The notes below the pieces were generated by a model. It was not told the DNA's origin, searched no databases, and was given only the letters and a program-made list of their open reading frames with translations. A program made the translations under genes and the position numbers. From Nitrospirota bacterium (GTDB lineage Bacteria > Nitrospirota > Nitrospiria > SBBL01 > JAADHI01): a DNA stretch of 64,000 nt. The stretch is taken from positions 6,087-70,086 of the forward strand of contig JAJDBU010000036.1 in NCBI GenBank assembly GCA_029261195.1. Reading direction: 5' to 3'. Every line of letters begins with the position of its first letter. Positions within the stretch are counted from its first letter, which is position 1. Shown one piece after another: positions 36,501 to 44,532 of the stretch.

Positions 36501-38692
36501 CAGACTGGGTGGTCAATCTTGATGCTCTATTGGATAAAAAAATATTAGAAGAGTTTGGGGCCAACGTTATTAAATATCGCAAAGCCCGTCATATCGATCG
36601 TAATCTTGTAATCTCATCAAAATCAAATCCCATACTACTAAAAAACCATTTAGTTAAAAAGTTTCAAGACTTTGGTGTAGATGCCAGTATTATCAAAATA
36701 GCTGTTGATAATATTATCAAATCCGCTAATGAACTATCAGGAGACATACTGTTAAAAGCTATTGGTCGTGGCTGCTTTGCTAATGAGATGCTAGGTCTTG
36801 TCCTTACAAAAACCATTTTGGAAGGATGCTCCCCTCATGAAAATATTCTGATATTCATTGACGATTATGCCGATTGGTTTTTGTCTAGCATAAGCTCCGA
36901 AGAGAAACTGTTGGTCCCGCAAAACAATGTGTTAGCGGATATTCTTTTTATTACTCCGGTGTTCCATGAGGGAAACCTTTCAAACATATATATCGATGTT
37001 GTAGAAGCAAAATTTTGTAATGAAACTAATCGAGGAAATCTAGCTAAAAAATCTTTGCAACAAACGAAAAACTCATTTTTTCAAATCAAAAAAGTGTTTG
37101 ATGACAATGCCTACGCTGATAAGGATTATTGGCGAGCAAAAATATCTGATTTAATAGTTGAAAACCACCATAAAAGCTTTGTCGGTAATTTGACATCTGA
37201 AGATATTAGAAATGCTATTCGACGTGATAAAACGATACGATTTATTGTCCGTGGCATGTCATTTGTGTTTGTTTATGACCATGAAGAAGATTATCAACCT
37301 TCGGCAAATAGGGAAGATGTAGAGCAATATATTATTGGTTCCAAATCTATAGTTACAATGCTTGAAAAAATACCGCTATTCGACTCATCAATGTCTTGTT
37401 TATCATTACCTACATTTGAGTTGCAATCTCCCCAACAAAAAGAGGCAGTGTCATCTACGACTTACATTGAAGAAACCCCGAAAAAAAACATAGGTCTAAA
37501 TTCAATTGAGAGTACAAATACAGTCCAAACGGACATTGTTAGTATCTCTGTGAAAAAGAGTGATAAACAATTTGTTGATGTTAATGCAAAAATTGTTTCG
37601 TTACAAAAAATGGAAGAAGAAAAGTCTGAAGGTGAGGCTATAAGTCTCGCAGTGAAAAAAGTAGTTATGTACCACAAGTATCGAGCAAAGATACGGAGCT
37701 ATTTATTCACTCCCAACGCAGTCAGAATATCACTGGAGCCAGAGCTCGGTTGGAATGAGAATATTTTCTATAAAATGATAAATGATTTTCTTGCTGTTGA
37801 AAAATTGAGGTTATTACGCGTGGAGGTTGTTCCTGGAGCTTACGACCTAATATTTGAAAGGAAAGAGCGACAAATTATTTCATATGAGGACTGCTTAGAA
37901 GACAGAGAGATAAGTGATGGGGCAGGTAATACAAAAATCCTGCTTGGCCGTAATGAGCAAAATAACCAAGTAGTCTACTATAACCTCGATAGTGAAGATC
38001 CTCATGCACTCATTGGAGGCATGACAAAAAGTGGTAAGAGTGTTCTATTGAATGTTTTTATTGTCGATTTAATGTGCACAAATACAGTTGATGAATTACT
38101 ATTGATTTTGGTAGACCCAAAACAAGTTGAGTTTACACGATATAAGGGCATTCCATACTTAGATCCCGAAGGGATAGTAACGGGAAAAAAAATAGCAATT
38201 AGAAAGCTTAATGATTTAGTCGTTGAAATGGATAGACGTTTTCTGCTCTTTGCGGAAAGTGGGGTCAATGAACTCAATAAGTACAATAAAAAAGTTCAAA
38301 CTAAAATCCCTAGAATCGTTCTCATTTTTGATGAATTTGCCGACTGGATGCTTGATGACGAATTTAAGAGGGATGCTAGTAATGCAGTTCAAAGCCTTTC
38401 TGGCAAAGCTCGAGCTGCTGGTATACATTTGATAGTCAGCACTCAACGTCCAGATAATTCCGTTGTTGTGCCTATCTTGCGAGCTAATTTAGGAGCGAAA
38501 TTCGCCTTACGTGTTGACAGCGAAAAGAACTCCGCCATCATTCTTGATGAGCCAGGGGCTGAAAAACTTTTAGGGTACGGACATATGATAGCTAAGTTCG
38601 CAGGCAAGAAACAGTATATTCAAACAGCATTCGTTTCTGATGGTTATATTGACTCCATACTCGATAAGATTAAAAGGGCGGACTCAAAATAG
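33509..38692 (+). CDS. Giant DptH/SspH-like protein with C-terminal FtsK/HerA-type ATPase domain
   Basis: 1727 aa. The C-terminal domain reads HALIGGMTKSGKSVLLNVFIV (Walker A)...LILVDPKQVEFTRY...RIVLIFDEFADWM (Walker B)...AAGIHLIVSTQRPDNSVV...ANLGAKFALRV. Its stop TAG (38690..38692) coincides with the left IS30 inverted repeat. Confidence 0.55.
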   Translation: MNFIASYLVENIIKEAQISSTEGTSGKFILTNYPQEVIGEIINYFLTHPHLNILLVIDRKFPIDLKTTNIVYATHEVMAQYRNENVQHTDIDLDTITYLVFITNETIDTLNDINTLTPDDIARDFESVVASIKNRLLDNESKEKLRKVCRVFLKEVDEIDPFQMEQFIQAVLSHLNNGNPIEDAMGLSINALNSFRCRKCFESLKKNDSIKNIKKIAQSYKAIAVALFKRVGNKTLDEEALNEKFKENITEFDLLDPQKQKLLKQFIHADYREIVQLREQFSTLDWQKDHVYRLFEKTRSDTSKKLGAETVELLELSDIELADYEKNSLLQYDDLKPSERTGLRDTLEPIYKDHKPLIENNKALRNKWDKFLYPSQTKSDNFIIALLDTIKKLKSDVTYIDSIEVTLKHTQTAAIVRNYSKHPINYLHKRYSVLNRISNKIVFDLKFIVDIDERLKKEKLSPDDKKFRKGSLSKSANELHFIVYAKNSSGKRIAKRKLIWNYNPNTVLNGYKEDAEVVQYHLKNKRLHSSIVYRASSSEKGEKKPLSLHDFSSLESRGKISGHRLFQKKNERGFSSNEIKASAKAILDPDDYTDFQTLFSEYLKQYSWLLGQLDIQKNVEKSGFDFDGVEKLSQIYVNLCQFLYNNSDNDTFKAEVIEPFLSLITVRVGQEDTVIIPSYHPMRLISFFVKLKHVFEFMDAYIVTPDLARIKEDLFFNDLEQSCNTPYYPEIFRLFEAEGSERSLLHISEACDDYTILEPVQRFLDSGQSTDSSSQSIILSKVIENYLDLNSHKQSSLKILLHAVNNYELPVKFMKKLMSLDFTSKENNFEIYLNDVDASHIRKMYRAFLISQNAQGAEEALEYNEVSFLSNIRLNAFDQSFKQLDNVNDQINIAFLNDFVSSKATLEFRKQLLEESYPLFDFHPTMWSKRKYMSEQESNVGKYLVSPAKSDLTSAFYNLLYLTMSTHRDDYKDKIPTLKVDRNNKRLQADLEAIHKRTDWVVNLDALLDKKILEEFGANVIKYRKARHIDRNLVISSKSNPILLKNHLVKKFQDFGVDASIIKIAVDNIIKSANELSGDILLKAIGRGCFANEMLGLVLTKTILEGCSPHENILIFIDDYADWFLSSISSEEKLLVPQNNVLADILFITPVFHEGNLSNIYIDVVEAKFCNETNRGNLAKKSLQQTKNSFFQIKKVFDDNAYADKDYWRAKISDLIVENHHKSFVGNLTSEDIRNAIRRDKTIRFIVRGMSFVFVYDHEEDYQPSANREDVEQYIIGSKSIVTMLEKIPLFDSSMSCLSLPTFELQSPQQKEAVSSTTYIEETPKKNIGLNSIESTNTVQTDIVSISVKKSDKQFVDVNAKIVSLQKMEEEKSEGEAISLAVKKVVMYHKYRAKIRSYLFTPNAVRISLEPELGWNENIFYKMINDFLAVEKLRLLRVEVVPGAYDLIFERKERQIISYEDCLEDREISDGAGNTKILLGRNEQNNQVVYYNLDSEDPHALIGGMTKSGKSVLLNVFIVDLMCTNTVDELLLILVDPKQVEFTRYKGIPYLDPEGIVTGKKIAIRKLNDLVVEMDRRFLLFAESGVNELNKYNKKVQTKIPRIVLIFDEFADWMLDDEFKRDASNAVQSLSGKARAAGIHLIVSTQRPDNSVVVPILRANLGAKFALRVDSEKNSAIILDEPGAEKLLGYGHMIAKFAGKKQYIQTAFVSDGYIDSILDKIKRADSK

Positions 38693-39569
38693 AAGTGCAA
38701 CGCTTTACGGAGGTAAAGTGTTGCCATGGGAAAAAGATACAGTCATTTGAGTTGTGAAGATCGGACATTGATCCAGTTGAGTCTTGAGAGGAAGTGTTCA
38801 ATGAGCGAGATAGGCAGAAGCCTGGAAAGGCCCACAAGTACGATCATCCGGGAGTTGAAGCGTAACGGTTGGAAAAAGAAGCAGTCCCGTCAAAGAGGGC
38901 GACCTCCAATAGCAGGAGGTTACCGGGCAGTTATCGCTCATCAACAGGCGAAGGAAAGGTCTATCAAGGGCAGAAAACCAAAACGCTTGATTGAAGGGAG
39001 TGTTCTTTGGAACTCGGTTGACACACTGTTGCGAGAATTTAAGTCTCCGGAACAAATAGCGGGTATGCTCAAGCGTATCTACCCCGATGACAAGGGACTT
39101 CAAGTGAGCCATGAGACCATCTACACAGCGATTTATGCCATGCCTCGGGGCGTCTTGCGGAAAGATCTGATTGCCTGTTTGCGTCAGTCTCGTAAGAGTC
39201 GAAGGCCCCGCGCTCGTGGCAATGATCGTCGGGGGAAGATTCCCAACATGGTCAGTATCCATGAGCGACCTGCCGAGATAGAGGACCGTCTTGTTCCCGG
39301 TCACTGGGAAGGTGACTTGATTAAAGGGGCAAAGAACGCCTCTTCGGTTGGCACGCTGGTGGAGCGCACCAGCCTATTCGTCACCCTCGTAAAAATGGAC
39401 AGTGCAGGTGCTTTAGATGCTCAGAAGGGCTTTGCACATGTCTTGAATCGCATGGGAGCTAAACACCAGGCCAAGAAAAACCTTGAACTTCAGATGCCCT
39501 GTCGAAAAATTCATGCCTGAGTCTTTCGACTTTTATAAACATTTTAGCTATGTTGCACTTCGACCTTGA
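38685..39569 (+). mobile_element. IS30-family insertion sequence derivative with internal deletion (non-autonomous)
   Basis: The terminal inverted-repeat core is GAAGTGCAAC (38692..38701) paired with GTTGCACTTC (39552..39561), with partial matches extending outward ~7 nt. It encloses a truncated transposase. The exact ends are uncertain by a few nt. Confidence 0.7.
38726..39569 (+). pseudogene. IS30-family transposase, catalytic core deleted
   Basis: The N-terminal HTH regions and the first catalytic Asp are intact (HETIYTAIY...PGHWEGDLI...VERTSLFV). After ...FAHVLNR the reading frame changes. A different frame reads IAWELNTRPRKTLNFRCPVEKFMPESFDFYKHFSYVALRP*, which is the IS30 C-terminal tail. 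The roughly 130-150 aa that carry the second D and the E are therefore absent. The junction is at ~39445-39455. Confidence 0.75.
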
Positions 39570-39759
39570 ATCCGCCAAGATAAATAATTATTGAAGAGCT
39601 GAAATAAACATAGTACTACGGGTAGTGGGGGTACATGAGCATGCTGTTGGAAAGTGTAATTTCACATTTTCAGGTCGGCTTTTTCAGGGTTTTCAGATAT
39701 AAGGGAACACTATTTCTCCTTTTGAAGCCCTAATTTCTTAGACTTTTCTCGCGTGAAAG

Positions 39760-41628
39760 TTAAAACGAGGTTTTGTTCCCAAGTGGCGGTGGCTCAAATT
39801 CCCCGCCATAATCAAAGAAATCCACTTCCAATGTCCGAAGCTTAATTTTGATCCGCTGCATCAGAAGTGGCACATCCTTCGAGAAATCGTCATAGCGCAT
39901 GAGCGAAACTTTTCCAGATGTGAAGTGGATCTTGATCAGATCAATGCCATCCAGATCGCCATAGAGTTGATAGGCACAGCCCACATAGACACGAAGTACG
40001 GGATCAAGATTTTGTAGGTGTTTTTTCGGAATCACCCATGAGTGCCCTGGCTTAAACTCACCGATAGGGTCTTTTTCATAGACTTGTATCGCCTGTGTTT
40101 CAATGACCTTTGGTCTTCCCACACTAAAAAGAACTTGCATTGCTTCTTTTGTGGCGTCGTTGTAGTTATTGAAGAAAAACTTTACATCTCTTTTTAAGGT
40201 TTCCGGCATTTGTCTGTAGGGTTTGCGTCGTCCAAATTGACCCAGGGCAAAATAGACGAGCAGGTCATCTCGGCGAGCCTGGCCCGCTTGATCGAAAACA
40301 TCGTGGCCGAAATAATCTTCCAACGCATCAAAGGCCTTTTTATGAGAACCCGCAATACGACGCATCTGATCAGAGAATTCAAACTCACTATTAGCGGGAA
40401 TCCGTCCAAGATCGAGTGCCGTCTCCCAAAAATGGGTGAAGAGTTCCTTGTGTTGATCGATCAATCCCTTTGTGATCTGTTGTGTTTGTGTCCTCGCTTC
40501 TCGTTCGGTGAGCTGTGCCCAGTTGCGGCGGATGTGTTGTCTTTCGAGCAGGAAGTGTTGTTCTTCTAATTTATCTTTGAAGACGATGAAGGTTCCTTGC
40601 CCCACCGCAACAGCATTTTCCGCCAATGATGCTTCAATGTAGGCTTTGATCTCGCCTTGTGTGTAATAGCGTTGGAAGGTGTTTCTCGACGTAATGACCC
40701 CGTCTTTATACGGTGTAAACTGCCGAATGACACTTTCTCCGGCGATCATCACGGAAACAATCAGTAGTTTGTTTGAATAGGTATATGCCCGGCGCAATGT
40801 TTCAGTGCGCTCATCAATCGCCTCGATCACGTTGACAACATAGCCCAGATTTACAATATCGGATTTTAATAATTTGCCATCGGAATGATGCACAGGGTCC
40901 CAACCGGATACATCGACACCGTGCGCCTCAAGTTCTCGAATGTCATCCCCTTTCCCACAACCATAGTCGAGAATCGAATGCTCTCCCTCCAGGTACCCAT
41001 GGCGCGCAAGCACCTGCATCGGTGAAGAGAGTTTGTTTCGGTCAATCGCTGTTTTGTGACGGTCGATACCCGAATCCGGGAGATCGATATCGGCATTACG
41101 GGTTTTATCTTCCTTTTTGTGGAGCCGTCCCTCTTTGTCGAGAAAACATCCCTTACTATTGATGAGCCGTTCCCAGGGTTTTTTAAATCCGATTGAACGA
41201 GGTTTGTCATAGAGGCCCGTCGCTTCCCCCTCCTGAGTAATCGATTCAAACAAGGCGTATAAAGGATGGGTTTTGCTGACAAATGTTTCTTTTCTATGCA
41301 GTATCGGCGGATTCTCAGAGCTTGAGTAGTCTGCTTTTCGTAAGGAGAGCTTGCTTAAATTAAGGGTAAAACTCTGATGCAGTCCAGGATAGGCATAATG
41401 ATCAAAGTCAGGATAGTTGAGCAGGGTCATTTTGAAACACCGCCGAAAATATTTGACGATATTCCATGAACCATCGCTAACCTCCATCGTTTCAGCAATA
41501 TTTTTTGTAAATATTGCAAGTTCGGGAGAGGCTTCAGAGATCAAACTTTTGTGGAGATAAACGGCATCAGGAAGCTGCTTGCCAAAGCGCAAGGCCCCGA
41601 CGAGTTGGCGGAATTTGGGGTAGTCCAC
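39760..41628 (-). CDS. Large SAM-dependent methyltransferase (resembles the 'DNA phosphorothioation-associated putative methyltransferase' family)
   Basis: 622 aa. Motif I is ILDYGCGKGDDIRELEAHGVDVSGWDP, followed by VNLGYVVNVIE. Long N- and C-terminal extensions flank the central MTase fold. Confidence 0.6.
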   Translation of the reverse strand: MDYPKFRQLVGALRFGKQLPDAVYLHKSLISEASPELAIFTKNIAETMEVSDGSWNIVKYFRRCFKMTLLNYPDFDHYAYPGLHQSFTLNLSKLSLRKADYSSSENPPILHRKETFVSKTHPLYALFESITQEGEATGLYDKPRSIGFKKPWERLINSKGCFLDKEGRLHKKEDKTRNADIDLPDSGIDRHKTAIDRNKLSSPMQVLARHGYLEGEHSILDYGCGKGDDIRELEAHGVDVSGWDPVHHSDGKLLKSDIVNLGYVVNVIEAIDERTETLRRAYTYSNKLLIVSVMIAGESVIRQFTPYKDGVITSRNTFQRYYTQGEIKAYIEASLAENAVAVGQGTFIVFKDKLEEQHFLLERQHIRRNWAQLTEREARTQTQQITKGLIDQHKELFTHFWETALDLGRIPANSEFEFSDQMRRIAGSHKKAFDALEDYFGHDVFDQAGQARRDDLLVYFALGQFGRRKPYRQMPETLKRDVKFFFNNYNDATKEAMQVLFSVGRPKVIETQAIQVYEKDPIGEFKPGHSWVIPKKHLQNLDPVLRVYVGCAYQLYGDLDGIDLIKIHFTSGKVSLMRYDDFSKDVPLLMQRIKIKLRTLEVDFFDYGGEFEPPPLGNKTSF

Positions 41629-41749
41629 TAGATTAAGTCATCCATTCTCATGTCCCAGACTTGGGGTGAATGTGTAATGGCTGTAACGCAGAAGAAGCGA
41701 GATGAGATAATTTAAGAACGGGGTGAAAAAATACAAACCCGAGGGAAAT

Positions 41750-41992
41750 CTACTTGTTTGTCGAGAGATTTTTGTCCAAGGCAAAATTTTCAGGGCTTTC
41801 CTGATAAGCGTTGATGCAGGCGAGACAGATACAAGATTTTCCTTTAGAGCTTTCTGGAATTAACTCCTGTAGTGCCGTAGGAATCGTTATTTCAAAACAC
41901 CAACAAGGCTCTTTACTATAAGCCATGCAGTTATTTTCAGCTCTGCAAAACGGGCAAAGATAGGCATCAACTGACTCTTCTATTGGTTCCAT
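41750..41992 (-). CDS. Cysteine-rich CWC family protein
   Basis: 80 aa. The sequence reads CPFCRAENNCMAYSKEPCWCFEI...CICLACINAY. Confidence 0.7.
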   Translation of the reverse strand: MEPIEESVDAYLCPFCRAENNCMAYSKEPCWCFEITIPTALQELIPESSKGKSCICLACINAYQESPENFALDKNLSTNK

Positions 41993-42322
41993 TAATGGCC
42001 TAACGCTCCTTTGAGCGGGGTGCTGGATTCGCTAAGCGAAACACCCGATTTTTTCAGATTAGCTTGTACCCGTATATTCTACAAAAATTGAAAAGAAGTC
42101 AAAGAATTGAATCTTTTATCTTGGCCTCCTGACGACAGAATATTTCTTGTCCTGCAAACCGATGGGGAGAGAGTAATTCTATTATCAGACTTAAATAATT
42201 GTCCTTGCTAACAAAGCTTTAGTTTGTTTTTTGGATTGTGTTCCACAAAAAACTGAATGTGTCTCCTAATATTGAGTTCGCCGCTGGGAGGATCTGATTC
42301 AGTCTTTCGGTGAGGAGGGCGC

Positions 42323-42964
42323 TCACGGGCTGACCTGGATACAACGCAGGATATAATGTTCGTCCTGCTTGAGAAGGTGTTGTGTGATTTCTTCGGAAAT
42401 GTGGACGGTCTGGAGTTTGCGCGTTCGGGTATTTGAAATGTAGCCACCCTGGGCCAGGATCTGGAAGACAGAGGACCGCAGGCGAGCAATGGTCGATTCG
42501 CTCCACTCAGACATTTTCGGATCACGGTTTTGGCAATCTGAAATATAACCTTCCCACAATCTTACTGAAAGGTCGGGTGCAAACAGCCGGTATTGTTCCC
42601 GAAGCACGGAATCTAGAAAGTCTCCAAGTAAGGCACTGTGTTTTACGGCGGCAGCAAGACAGGCCTGCGTGGCTAGTGACATTGAGCCATTTCGAATAAA
42701 GCGCCACAGATCCGGAGTCATCAGTGATAGGCGGTTTTTCAGGAGTCTGGCGAGGCGCTTGGCCGTTGCAGGACTTCTGGTCTGTAGGACGTTCTCCGTT
42801 TGGATGGCGTGCATCCATTCCCGCTCCCCGGTTTGCCGAAGGAGAAGATCAGCAATGATCCGGCTTTCGTGGATTTTCAGAGATCCGGCGGTAAGGTCTG
42901 CATTGTACCTCCCTGCACCCTGAATACTGTCGATTATTTTATTGGATACAAGGATCGGGATCAC
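42323..42964 (-). CDS. brxA: BrxA (DUF1819) family protein, orphan
   Basis: 213 aa. The segments YNADLTAGSLKIHESRIIADLLL...W..AI..ENVLQTRSPATAKRLARLLKNRL...AAAVKHSALLGDFL match my recollection of the BrxA/DUF1819 pattern. No brxC, pglX, pglZ or brxL is nearby. Confidence 0.6.
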   Translation of the reverse strand: MIPILVSNKIIDSIQGAGRYNADLTAGSLKIHESRIIADLLLRQTGEREWMHAIQTENVLQTRSPATAKRLARLLKNRLSLMTPDLWRFIRNGSMSLATQACLAAAVKHSALLGDFLDSVLREQYRLFAPDLSVRLWEGYISDCQNRDPKMSEWSESTIARLRSSVFQILAQGGYISNTRTRKLQTVHISEEITQHLLKQDEHYILRCIQVSP

Positions 42965-43383
42965 TCCACATTAAAACCCCATTCCGGCATTTGTAAGGGA
43001 ACAGATGTCGAAAGATGGGATGTTCTGACAAAAATAGATGATGCCAAGCTGAAAAAGCGGTTTAATGTTTACATTTTCTTGTAAAAAAACACAACGTAAA
43101 TGATGTTCTGGATGAGCATGGGGCAGACTTTTTTGTAGGCTCCCTGTGGGATGTTCCGTTTGCATAATGTTCCATAAAGAAGTATCTTTTTTGAACCTAT
43201 CCTGTGTTCGATATTGTTTAAGAAAAGTGATGGTGAATTGGGTTTTTCGACAGCTGCGTCAGCGGCTTAGGTCAAAATCGTCTTCCAACCCAACCGCATA
43301 ATATTGCTTGGTTTTAGTTTGAATCGTCGGACGATCAGATACATCAACGATGGTCCTGAAGGAATGGCCTTTACGGATGAAAC

Positions 43384-43578
43384 ATGAAATTACTGAGCTT
43401 TGACATAGAGATCTCGGATGTCTTCGATTTAGGAAAACACGAGGACATGGAAAAGTATGCACCGTTTCATATTTCTGTAGCTGCAACAGCCATTCATAAT
43501 GGGGAGGAACGGGTGTGGTATTCCGAGGGTAAGGACGGTCGACCAGTGTTTGATCAAAGTATAAATAAGAGCCTGTGA
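43384..43578 (+). pseudogene. N-terminal fragment of a DnaQ/RNase-H-fold 3'-5' exonuclease or polymerase gene
   Basis: The 64-aa ORF MKLLSFDIEISDVFD... carries an ExoI-type motif (FDIE) at the extreme N-terminus and then terminates. It is far too short for the fold. Confidence 0.35.
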
Positions 43579-43836
43579 GATCAAGAGTGAAATAGATTAC
43601 TTGTTATCTGTTGAGGTATTGCATTTCTCTCGAAAAACGAACGTTTTCCGTGAGAGATGGGTGGAACAGTATTTTTATTACTTAGGGAAAGGGGAACGAG
43701 AGTTTTATCATTCAATTGGATTTCTATCCTATATTCACTGACAAATAGGGTGGATGATGTTTTTTCGTGCCCCCCCACATATTTCTATCAAAAACATCTG
43801 CTGACAAACTAAAATTTAGGGTGCAGTCTAACCGTC

Positions 43837-44423
43837 ATGAATATAGGCGTTTACATTCGTGTTTCAACACACAGCCAGAAATCCGATAGCCAGAGAGCGG
43901 AAATAGCGAGGCTCACGGACACGACCCCAAAAAGGTTCAATGGTTTGAGGACAAAGAAACAGGCGCAAATCTCAATCGCTCAGGATTCAATACGTTTTTA
44001 GAAGCGATATTTTCAGGAACAGTAAAAACGGTTGTTGTCTGGAAGCTGGATAGAATAGCCCGTTCCATGCGCGATGGTATCAATGTAATTTGCCAATGGT
44101 GCGAGTCTGGCGTTCGTGTTGTTTCTGTAACGCAACAGATTGATCTTTCTGGCACGGTGGGACATCTTGTCGCTGGTGTCCTCTTTGCAATAGCTGAAAT
44201 AGAATTGCAGCACTCCAAGGAGCGACAAGCCGCAGGAATTGCCGTTGCTAAATCAAAGGGAACTTACAAGGGCAGGAAAAAAGGCACAACCAAGGCAAAG
44301 CCAGAACGTGCTAGAGAATTAAAATCTCAGGGATTGAAAAAAAAAGAAATCGCCAGCGCTCTAGGTGTACAGAACGGACGGTGTTTAGGTATCTGGTGGA
44401 AATATCTTGAACTCTGCCCGTAA
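43837..44423 (+). pseudogene. Serine recombinase (resolvase/invertase family) with at least two frameshifts
   Basis: The first frame reads MNIGVYIRVSTHSQKSDSQRAEI (catalytic Ser region) and stops at 43999..44001. A second frame continues AHGHDPKKVQWFEDKETGANLNRSGFNTFLEAIFSGTVKTVVVWKLDRIARSMRDGINV...AEIELQHSKERQAAGIAVAKSKGTYKGRKKG...KKEIASALGV. A third frame gives the expected HTH end TERTVFRYLVEIS*, with its stop at 44408..44410. Confidence 0.8.
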
Positions 44424-44532
44424 TGAGAATACTCATGTCTGGTAACGACCCAAAGCGGACATTAATAGGTCTTATCTTTTTAGTTTTTTTGGTTGAATAG
44501 TTAACAAAAATAGAGTTTTTTTAATTTTGCGC

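Noticed and set aside
38798-39304. A 168-aa minus-strand ORF inside the IS30 remnant.
   Set aside because: It is antisense to the recognisable IS30 transposase frame.
42003-42062. The nested hairpin GGGGTG..TTCGCTaAGCGAA..CACCC followed by a T-run, considered as a tRNA-like element, riboswitch or terminator.
   Set aside because: It is too short and lacks cloverleaf features. On the plus strand no gene ends here. On the minus strand it lies in the 5' leader of the CWC gene. At best it is a minor leader hairpin or a terminator for stray antisense transcription.
42208-42818. Multiple overlapping ORFs (42208..42525, 42522..42818, 42433..42699, 42669..42923) around brxA.
   Set aside because: They are alternative or antisense frames of the BrxA-like gene. 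Only the short stretch after the brxA stop (42219..42326) is discussed, as a possible brxB stub.
44337-44345. The A9 homopolymer in the serine recombinase as the site of the second frameshift or a phase-variation switch.
   Set aside because: Hand translation shows the frame is still correct through ...KKEIASALGV after the A-run. The shift occurs ~25 nt further downstream (~44366-44370).
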